Positions 29,936-37,352 of a stretch of DNA of 64,000 nucleotides are shown piece after piece (position 1 is the stretch's first letter; every line of letters starts with the position of its first letter). A program made the translations under genes and the position numbers. Source of the DNA: Nitrospirota bacterium (lineage in GTDB: Bacteria; Nitrospirota; Thermodesulfovibrionia; Thermodesulfovibrionales; SM23-35); contig JBFMDO010000043.1 in the NCBI GenBank assembly GCA_040753615.1, positions 12,607 through 76,606 on the forward strand, read 5' to 3'. The notes under the pieces were generated by a model that saw only the letters and a list, made by a program, of their open reading frames with translations, did no database searches and was not told the origin of the DNA.

Positions 29936-31702
29936 CTAAAATGGAAACATGGCTATGCCGTAAGGCTTCCTGCCTACAGGCATAATCCGTTCTTCCTTCC
30001 TTGTATTTTTATCTATTTCTGATACAGTATCTGAACCTCTGTTGACCACATATATCTTCCTGCCTTCTGGGTCCAGAATCAATGACCTCGGGGAGTCTCC
30101 TGCTGGTATGACGCCAATCAGAGGAGCCATTGTCATTGTTCCTGTCAAAGAACTAAAAGCCTCTGAGAAAGGCCTGATAATAATTATCTCATCAGCGCTG
30201 TCCTTCAGGAGATAAATCCTGTCCAGATCAGGGTCAGTGACAATTCCTGTGATAGAAGTTCCGACATTAGTGATAGAACTTACTGCACCGGTTTTATTGC
30301 CTTTAATAATCTGCAGGATATCTATAACAGAAAGATTGTCAAAATTATAATTTGCCACATAAACCTTTCCCCGCTGATAATCTACTGTAAGTGCGATAGG
30401 GTTCCATTCAACATTTACATTAATTATTGCATCAGGACTGCTTACTGATGAGGCATCCATTCTTAAGATAGAGACCTCTTTTGAATTTTTATTCACAACA
30501 TATACATTAAAGAATTTCTCGCGATAACTTCTCAAAATGCTAATATCTTCAATGCTGAGAAATCTTGATCCAAAAATGATATCTACTGGCGGATCGACTG
30601 CCACTGCAACAGGGCCATCTCCTACGCTTATCATTTGTATTTCCTGATAGGTCGAGGCATCAATAACAGATATTGTATCAGAGGCGTAATTTGCCACAAA
30701 AATGAATTCTTTCCCACGCGATGTGCTGACCACAGCAATAGCCTCAGGTTCTCTGCCAAATCTTATTGGTATCTCAACCTCAACCTTGTTAGTATGGGGA
30801 TCTATTACAGAGACACTGTTAGAGCCTGAATTTGCCACATAAATTCTCGGACGTTCTCTATTCCAGTTTGCAGCAATGCCCCTCGGTTTTTTCCCCACCA
30901 TTATAGTTGCCGCTACATCGCCTGTCTGCCGATTAAGCACAGACACATTATTTGATTCTTCATTCGTAACATAGATAAGCAAAGAGCTTAACTCGGGGAC
31001 CTCACCTTTAATATCGAATACAGGACTGAATAGATATCCGTCAACAATAGATGCGTCAGGTCTCCAGCTTAAAAACAGCGATGCGCTCTGATTTTTATTT
31101 ATTATTATATCTATATCTATTTCTATTCCTTCAGGCGGGAGCGCTAAATTTGATATCCTGTCTTCCCGCTTAATTAATGCCTCTTGTATTATTAGTTGCA
31201 GTTTTTTGTATCTTCCTTCAGGGAGAGACTTTTCGCCGAGAAGCATCTGTCTGCCTGCAACTGAAAAGGAGTTTATATTCATTTGGGCGCTCATTACCCC
31301 CCTGTATGTTCCATCTTCTGCCATAATATTAATAGCTAAAACATCAAATGTAATATTCAGGGAAGCCTTTTCATGTCCTTTAAGGAATATTGCAATCTGC
31401 CCCTTGTCTGATTCTGTCTCTTCATATTTCTGAATCGAGGCACAACCTGTTAAAAGAAAAAAGAAGCAGAGGGCAAAAACCCAGGAACTGAGGACTAATA
31501 ACTTAGAGCTATTGATACATATAAAATAATGTCTTATGTTTTTGTTATATCCTATTGTATCCTTGTCATTCCTGCGGAAGCAGGAATCCAGGGAAAAGAC
31601 TGGATTCCGCATCAAGTGCGGAATGACGATAGAGGACATTTTTATACAGGAGTCAATAATAACCACGAGAGGGTTTCGATAAATCTGTCTATTGTATAAC
31701 AT
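29936..31702 (-). CDS. YVTN/YncE beta-propeller lipoprotein with a MITE in its leader
   Basis: Lipobox LTGC; IYVTNEESNNVSV, IYVANSGSNSVSVID repeats; N-terminal DUF4382-like region (LPEGRY). Confidence 0.88.
   Translation of the reverse strand: MLYNRQIYRNPLVVIIDSCIKMSSIVIPHLMRNPVFSLDSCFRRNDKDTIGYNKNIRHYFICINSSKLLVLSSWVFALCFFFLLTGCASIQKYEETESDKGQIAIFLKGHEKASLNITFDVLAINIMAEDGTYRGVMSAQMNINSFSVAGRQMLLGEKSLPEGRYKKLQLIIQEALIKREDRISNLALPPEGIEIDIDIIINKNQSASLFLSWRPDASIVDGYLFSPVFDIKGEVPELSSLLIYVTNEESNNVSVLNRQTGDVAATIMVGKKPRGIAANWNRERPRIYVANSGSNSVSVIDPHTNKVEVEIPIRFGREPEAIAVVSTSRGKEFIFVANYASDTISVIDASTYQEIQMISVGDGPVAVAVDPPVDIIFGSRFLSIEDISILRSYREKFFNVYVVNKNSKEVSILRMDASSVSSPDAIINVNVEWNPIALTVDYQRGKVYVANYNFDNLSVIDILQIIKGNKTGAVSSITNVGTSITGIVTDPDLDRIYLLKDSADEIIIIRPFSEAFSSLTGTMTMAPLIGVIPAGDSPRSLILDPEGRKIYVVNRGSDTVSEIDKNTRKEERIMPVGRKPYGIAMFPF
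31510..31658. mobile_element. 147-bp (+TA) MITE, in-frame insertion
   Basis: Imperfect TIRs TATTGA..AAAAT(A)ATGTC; TA target duplication; internal GTCATTCCTGCG..GGAATCCA/TGGATTCC..GGAATGAC REP doublet. Confidence 0.8.
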
Positions 31703-31711
31703 GCTATCTCC

Positions 31712-33157
31712 TCACTTTTTTATAATAACAAAATGGACTCTTCTATTTTTCTGCATACATTCTTTTGTTCTTTCTCTGCATACAGATTTTTCTTCACCAT
31801 AGCTTATAGTCTCTATCCTTTTTGATGGCACGCCAAGCGAAATAAGATAATCCTTTGCCGCATTTGCCCTTTTCTCTCCAAGTGCGAGATTATATTCATT
31901 TGTATCCATTTCATCGCAATGCCCTTCGATCAAAAGTCCTGCTGATGTATTCTTACGCAGCCATGAGGCAATCTCCTTTAAAATAGGCCTTGCATCTGCT
32001 TTTATATCATATTTATCAGTATCAAAATATATATCCTTAAAAATAACTTTTTCTATATGTTCAGGTTCCTTTTCTTCTGCCTCTGTCTCTATCTTCGCAA
32101 CCTGTTCCTCTGTTATTTTTTCTTCTATTACAACTTCTTGAGCAACAATTTCTTCTTCCACTGGTTGAAACACCTGTATACGGTCATTAAATGTATCCGC
32201 TACAAAAATCCTGCCTTGTGAGTCCACAGCTATATCTCTCGGGTACTGGAACCATCCCTCTCCCCAGCCAAGACCACCGAATTCAAAAAGATATTCGCCA
32301 TTCTTATCATAAGCAGAAACCGTATGTCTCATGTAATCTACAACATATATTCTGCCGTTTCGGTTATCCACAGCGACTGCCTGTGGTCGGCTTAACTTAC
32401 TTTTACCTCCACCTTTCTGCCCAAACTTAAAGAGGAAGTTTCTATTTTCGTCATAAACATAGATATGGCTAACTTCCTCACTGACAAGATATATCCTTCC
32501 TGCTTTATCCAGTGTTACATAATTAACCTGAACCTTCCTGTCTTCTTCTTCAGGTGAAAGAATATCTATAAACTGTCCGTCATTATTCAGTATCACAATT
32601 CCCGGAAAAGAGTAACTGGCAACATAAATATCCCCTTTTTTATCCACAACTAACCTATATGGAATGAAAGACGCAGATCCCTCAAAGCCGTGAAAATAAA
32701 TGTCCCTCGTCCATTTAAGGCAGGCATTGTAAACCGAGAGCCTGTGTCTCGGATTTTCGTTCGTTCCAGCCTGAGCAATGTAAAAATTGCCACTCTTATC
32801 AATTGTTAAGCCCTGTGGCATATGAACTCCATCTGCTTTATCAAGGGTAAAAATCGGGAAAAAGTCTGAAGTATAAATAACAACCCTCGCATCGCTGTCA
32901 ATGATATAAATTTCTTTCATACCATCTTCAGTAAAAACAAAAGAAGGGAATAAAGTCTTCCCCCCTTCTTCATCCTCGGTTATGACATCAATATAGGTTA
33001 CCGGTACCCCCTCTATAAAGGCATTCAATTTATTTGGGAAAGACAGCATAGAGCATAGAGCTAACAGCAGAGAGCACAAGATTATCCATACCTCTCTCCA
33101 ACACTTTAAAAATTCAAATCTTTCGATCTTCTTTGTTTCAGATAGTTTACTTCTCAT
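31712..33157 (-). CDS. NHL beta-propeller fused to an OmpA/Pal peptidoglycan-binding domain
   Basis: NHL repeats (FQYPRDIAVDSQGRIFVADTFNDRIQVF); IYFDTDK, IEGHCD, YNLALGEKRA, SYGEE, NRRV. Confidence 0.9.
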   Translation of the reverse strand: MRSKLSETKKIERFEFLKCWREVWIILCSLLLALCSMLSFPNKLNAFIEGVPVTYIDVITEDEEGGKTLFPSFVFTEDGMKEIYIIDSDARVVIYTSDFFPIFTLDKADGVHMPQGLTIDKSGNFYIAQAGTNENPRHRLSVYNACLKWTRDIYFHGFEGSASFIPYRLVVDKKGDIYVASYSFPGIVILNNDGQFIDILSPEEEDRKVQVNYVTLDKAGRIYLVSEEVSHIYVYDENRNFLFKFGQKGGGKSKLSRPQAVAVDNRNGRIYVVDYMRHTVSAYDKNGEYLFEFGGLGWGEGWFQYPRDIAVDSQGRIFVADTFNDRIQVFQPVEEEIVAQEVVIEEKITEEQVAKIETEAEEKEPEHIEKVIFKDIYFDTDKYDIKADARPILKEIASWLRKNTSAGLLIEGHCDEMDTNEYNLALGEKRANAAKDYLISLGVPSKRIETISYGEEKSVCRERTKECMQKNRRVHFVIIKK

Positions 33158-33222
33158 GGTTTAATTTAATTTATACTGCAAAAGTGTGTCAATGCAATTT
33201 TCATCTAAAATACTCCTCTTCC

Positions 33223-33440
33223 GTCATTCCGTGCTTGACACGGAATCCATGGTTCGACAGGCTCACCATGACAATAAGTATGTCACTCTGAGCCTGCCGA
33301 AGAGTCACCTTGACAGGCACCCTGCAGTCACCCTGAGCTTGTCGAAGGGTTGTCGAAGGCTGGATCCCTGCCTCCTCTCGAGAGGGACACACACCCCTAT
33401 CCCCTCTCGAGAGGGGATAGGGGTGTGTGAAGAAAGATTG
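33223..33440. repeat. Cluster of nested REP-like palindromes
   Basis: GTCATTCCGTGCTTGACACGGAATC, TTCGACAGGCTCACCATGAC, GTCACCCTGAGCTTGTCGAAGGG, CACACACCCCTATCCCCTCTCGAGAGGGGA (same unit as ~14550). Confidence 0.8.
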
Positions 33441-33672
33441 CCACTCAATGATAAATCTTTTAGTAATCATGCGAGGATAGAGAATCCTTTTGGAATCTGG
33501 AAAACCGAAGGACAGAAATAGTTGAGAACGCCAGCACCTTTTATCAGAGAACTGAGAGAAATCAAAAGAAGATACCTTATTGGAAAAAATTAATGCAAAG
33601 GGCAATTAGCAAAGAGTTAATAGTATAATGTCTCCAACGGTTTTTAGGAAGATAGATAGTTATTGAAACAAT

Positions 33673-33705
33673 AAAAAAGGGGGAAGCTGATGCTTACCCC
33701 CTTTT
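33673..33705 (-). terminator. Rho-independent terminator of the major OmcS-like gene
   Basis: Minus strand GGGGG-t-AAGC-atca-GCTT-CCCCC-TTTTTT just after the stop. Confidence 0.85.
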
Positions 33706-33719
33706 AAATAATTAACTTA

Positions 33720-34709
33720 CTACCTCTGTCTATTGTGGCATCCAAGACAGCCATATGTTACACCTGAACCAGCCACTTGTGTAGCATTATAATCCCACCT
33801 TAAAATGTCGTTATATTGTGCACCATGAGACCTGTGGCATGACAAGCATGTAACTCTTGCATTTGCAGCAGTTTCTGTTTCAGCGTTAAATCCTAATGGA
33901 TGGTTTCTCATTGCATCGGCATCGGCTGTCCATTCAGTAGCAAAATTAACGTATATATCCCACGTAGTAGGTATTGCAACATCAGTGGGATGTCTTACAA
34001 ATGGGCTTGCCGCACCTGTGTCATCGCTTCCATGGAAATTACTGTGGCATTTACCGCATAGTTCGCTTATGCTTGGCCCGCCAACTGTTGCGCTGTAGAC
34101 ATTATGGGCAGTTCCTACACCAGAGATTAGTAATTCCTCATAATCAGCTGTCCCGGTACCGAGAACACCATTAGCGCCAACATAAAGGATACGATAGACC
34201 GAAGGGGCATGATGTCCTCCCTTGATAGCAGCCATGTCATCAAGATCTGTCTGATTACCGTGGCAACCATTTGTCCCGGCACAACCCAATCCATTGGTAG
34301 CTCCTGTATACCAAGCATTTTCTGCTGCATCAAACCCAGCGGGTGAAGCAGTAGCGCCTAAATCATGATCGGTATCACTGTTATTATCTGCGGTGTTAGC
34401 AGTTGGCTGGAAGAATCCGCCTGCAAGGCAGTTGTTATTAGTAAAACCACCTGCAACAGAAGTTCTCACATATGGATAACCACCAACAAGGGGGTCAGTA
34501 CCTGTAGTTGTATGACATCCAAGACAGTTGTTTACCAGCAACGCACTATATGGCCCGGCAGTACCCCAGGAACTTAAGGTCCCACCGCCCTGGCTATAAT
34601 GCATGGTATGGCAATTTGCACATGGGCCACTTACAGCTGCATCAGCAAATCCATAGACTAAAAAGAGCGAGAGAAAAGCTACAAGTCCTAAAATTAATAT
34701 CTTTTTCAT
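33720..34709 (-). CDS. OmcS-family hexaheme cytochrome, probable major filament subunit (5 CxxCH + CX5CH)
   Basis: CANCHTMH, CLGCH, CAGTNGCH, ISELCGKCH, RHPTD, CLSCHRSH, CLGCH; strong RBS AAGGAGGTGA; own promoter and terminator. Confidence 0.85.
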   Translation of the reverse strand: MKKILILGLVAFLSLFLVYGFADAAVSGPCANCHTMHYSQGGGTLSSWGTAGPYSALLVNNCLGCHTTTGTDPLVGGYPYVRTSVAGGFTNNNCLAGGFFQPTANTADNNSDTDHDLGATASPAGFDAAENAWYTGATNGLGCAGTNGCHGNQTDLDDMAAIKGGHHAPSVYRILYVGANGVLGTGTADYEELLISGVGTAHNVYSATVGGPSISELCGKCHSNFHGSDDTGAASPFVRHPTDVAIPTTWDIYVNFATEWTADADAMRNHPLGFNAETETAANARVTCLSCHRSHGAQYNDILRWDYNATQVAGSGVTYGCLGCHNRQR

Positions 34710-34823
34710 TCCTTTTCACCTCCTTCCCCTTTAGATTCTTAAATCCTTTTGGATAGCAAAGGATTTAAGGCATAAAGCTAAGGGCTATTTTCTGCCTTCC
34801 TTTACTATCCACAGATAAATTCT

Positions 34824-34839
34824 TGCAATCAATATGCCA
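34824..34839 (-). promoter_or_regulatory. Sigma54 promoter of the major OmcS-like gene
   Basis: Minus strand TTGGCAT-ATTGA-TTGCA. Confidence 0.78.
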
Positions 34840-35073
34840 ACTTTTTGTACAAAAAAAGCATAAAGCCATAAAAAAGAACTTTTTTTAATCGCCCTTCTCC
34901 CCTTAGCTCTATGCTTAAATGTATTTAAAAATATTAGTTAATTTTTGTCAAGCTATTTTTACTCTTTTATCGCTAAATACGAGTTGTATATACTTGATTA
35001 CATAAAGTATGTAACTATTTACACAATTATTTCCGAATGGATCATCTCGACCCCTTGACCCCTCGAACCCTTA

Positions 35074-36159
35074 TTATTGATCCCCTTTTCTTGTATGACA
35101 TGTGAGGCAGCCTACGCGTGTGCCATTACGGACATACATGTTGTCATAGTCCCATCTGAGTATATCAGGATAGGGGCTTGCATGCGCCCTGTGGCATGAA
35201 AGACACATTATTATGCTCTGTGCATTAACCTCTTTTTCACCCCCTGTTGGTTCATAATAAGCAACAGGAGCCTCAAGGCTGTACTTGACATAACTTTCAT
35301 ACTCAGAACCTGCAAAACCAATATGCACAGCATCAAATGCAAGGTCAGAAGGGTGCCTTAGCCAGACAGTAGTATACGCCTGACCAACTTCCTTACTCCC
35401 GCCAAGATTTGGATGGGGATGAAATTTTGCATGGCATTGACCACAGAGATAACTTATAGTATCCATACTGTCATGAGTCATATCGCCTTTATACCCATTA
35501 TGATTATCATCAGTAGCAAGGTATTCCCAATCTTTATGTTCCCTGCCTTTTATTCCATAAAGGAAGCGGTAACTTCTACCGACTGTTAAACCATCTATCA
35601 CGCTGTCATCTTCGTGATGTGCTCCATGAATAGCCTTATACGGGTCTTCTATAGCCCTGTTGCCATGACACCCCCATGTCCCGGCGCAGGCAAGCTGTTT
35701 GTAAGATGGCCAATCTTCTGTCCCTATGCCTCCATGAATTATGACACCACCGATAAATCCAGGCGGAATATTCATGGGGGGATTTTCCTGAATAGATACA
35801 TCAAGCACATTATGTCCTTTTGCATATTGAGGATTATAACCGTCTGCAACATAATAGAAATTACCTGCAGCAAGGTCTCCGTTTCCCATGTGGTGGAGAA
35901 CCTGAGGAATCCGTGCCTTTCCAATGGTCATTATATTCTGAGCGCCAGCAGGATCCTGACCATGACAGCCGAGACATCCACCCTGTGTCAGAATAGGAAA
36001 TGGTCCTGTGCGTTCTCCATAGGTCATTTCTTCACCTTCGTAACTGTCATGCATTGTATGGCAATCTTTACATTTCCCCTTAACGCGGGCATCAACCAAT
36101 CCACAATATAAGACGAGTATCAGTATCATGACAGAACTTGTTATAAATGCCTTTTTCAT
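35074..36159 (-). CDS. OmcS-family hexaheme cytochrome (5 CxxCH + CX5CH)
   Basis: CKDCHTMH, CLGCH, AAGNFYYV, KGHNV, CAGTWGCH, CGQCH, RHPSD, CLSCHRAHAS, CLTCH; likely start ATG 36159. Confidence 0.85.
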   Translation of the reverse strand: MKKAFITSSVMILILVLYCGLVDARVKGKCKDCHTMHDSYEGEEMTYGERTGPFPILTQGGCLGCHGQDPAGAQNIMTIGKARIPQVLHHMGNGDLAAGNFYYVADGYNPQYAKGHNVLDVSIQENPPMNIPPGFIGGVIIHGGIGTEDWPSYKQLACAGTWGCHGNRAIEDPYKAIHGAHHEDDSVIDGLTVGRSYRFLYGIKGREHKDWEYLATDDNHNGYKGDMTHDSMDTISYLCGQCHAKFHPHPNLGGSKEVGQAYTTVWLRHPSDLAFDAVHIGFAGSEYESYVKYSLEAPVAYYEPTGGEKEVNAQSIIMCLSCHRAHASPYPDILRWDYDNMYVRNGTRVGCLTCHTRKGDQ

Positions 36160-36174
36160 CTCTCTAATCCCTTT

Positions 36175-36239
36175 GTCATTAGTCAATTTAATGACCAGTG
36201 ACTTCTTTCACTGACCAGTGACTGTTGACTATTGACTAT
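36175..36239. repeat. Heptamer inverted array
   Basis: gtcatta gtcaatt ... tgaccag tgact ... tgaccag tgactgt tgactat tgactat. Confidence 0.75.
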
Positions 36240-36241
36240 TT

Positions 36242-37285
36242 TTATTTTCCTGTATGGCATATAAAACAACCGCCCTTTCCTTCCTCCCCGGTAATAACAG
36301 CATCATAATCCCATCTCAAAATTGAGTCATAATGACCTGAGTGTGCTACATGGCATGAAAGGCATGTTACAATGTCACTGCCTATTTTTACCTCATCCGT
36401 TGACGACAGAGGGATTTTTTCCCTTCCCACAGGCGCATCAGGGTTATAAATCCTCACATCAGGTCTATCAGGCGGAGGCGGAACTTCAGGGTTATACTCT
36501 GCATACTCGCCATTTTTTGGCAGGACAATGCCTGTTGGATGTCTGAACCATGGGCTTCCTTTGCCTGTATTTTCATTGCCATGAAAATCGCCATGGCAGC
36601 TTGCGCAGAGTATATCTATCGTTGGACAATACTCATTATGCTTTTCTTGGGTTTTATTCTGATTCCATTCATCATCCTCAAGTCCCGAAACACCTTTCAC
36701 TTTATTGGTATTCCCTAAGAACCTGTAACTTCTGGCTGTTGTGCTGCCATCTATTGGGTCATCCTCTGCATGGTGGGAGCCTAAGATTGCTTCAAATGGG
36801 TCTTCTATGTTTCTGTTGCCATGACAGCCATTGGCGCCTGCGCATGCCAATTGTTTCCTATGGTTATAACCTATCTCTGACGGGTCAACTGCCCTGCTAT
36901 ATCCCGGGGGACTGAATAAAAATTTCTCATCCATATACGTAACACCATCCACATTATGTCCCTTTCTGTCGCCAAAATCCCTCGCCACATAATAGAAGTT
37001 TCCGCCTGCCAATGGTTTTAGCGGCAAAACAGTATTCCTAACCACAGGAACTCTAACCCCTGCAAGCATTTTTATAGTATCCCTGTCATTATTTGAATGG
37101 CAGTTCACACAGATGGCATTTTCCAGCACATACTCAAGCGGTTCTCCTATTTCTGCTTCCTTCATCATCCCGGGATAAACAGTATGGCAGACATCACAGT
37201 CATCCGAAACTATTGCACCGCGGACTTCAGAAATTGATAAAAAGAGGATAGTCAATAAGATAATACTTATAGCTAAGTTCTTCAT
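36242..37285 (-). CDS. OmcS-family hexaheme cytochrome lacking the CHTMH His
   Basis: CDVCHTVY, CVNCH, AGGNFYYV, RKGHNV, CAGANGCH, CASCH, RHPTG, CLSCHVAH, CFICH. Confidence 0.82.
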   Translation of the reverse strand: MKNLAISIILLTILFLSISEVRGAIVSDDCDVCHTVYPGMMKEAEIGEPLEYVLENAICVNCHSNNDRDTIKMLAGVRVPVVRNTVLPLKPLAGGNFYYVARDFGDRKGHNVDGVTYMDEKFLFSPPGYSRAVDPSEIGYNHRKQLACAGANGCHGNRNIEDPFEAILGSHHAEDDPIDGSTTARSYRFLGNTNKVKGVSGLEDDEWNQNKTQEKHNEYCPTIDILCASCHGDFHGNENTGKGSPWFRHPTGIVLPKNGEYAEYNPEVPPPPDRPDVRIYNPDAPVGREKIPLSSTDEVKIGSDIVTCLSCHVAHSGHYDSILRWDYDAVITGEEGKGGCFICHTGK

Positions 37286-37328
37286 ATTCTTTAATTATAC
37301 TAAAAATTTAATATCTTGAAAGATAAAG

Positions 37329-37344
37329 AGCAAAAATGGTGCCA
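37329..37344 (-). promoter_or_regulatory. Sigma54 promoter
   Basis: Minus strand TGGCAC-CATTT-TTGCT, 44 bp upstream of ATG 37285. Confidence 0.75.
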
Positions 37345-37352
37345 GATATGAG

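Noticed and set aside
33186-33605. ORFs 33186-33521 (+) and 33201-33605 (-)
   Set aside because: They are translations of nested REP palindromes (VTLSLSK, TLRQAQ); no RBS or domain
34710-34820. GEMM-I cyclic dinucleotide riboswitch upstream of the OmcS-like gene
   Set aside because: No GGCAAA..GAAA..GACGCAAA consensus; reported only as an unexplained leader structure
8148-36239. CRISPR array or retron/DGR-type repeats
   Set aside because: Repeats are 7-mers or dispersed palindromes without spacers; no cas or reverse transcriptase genes in the window
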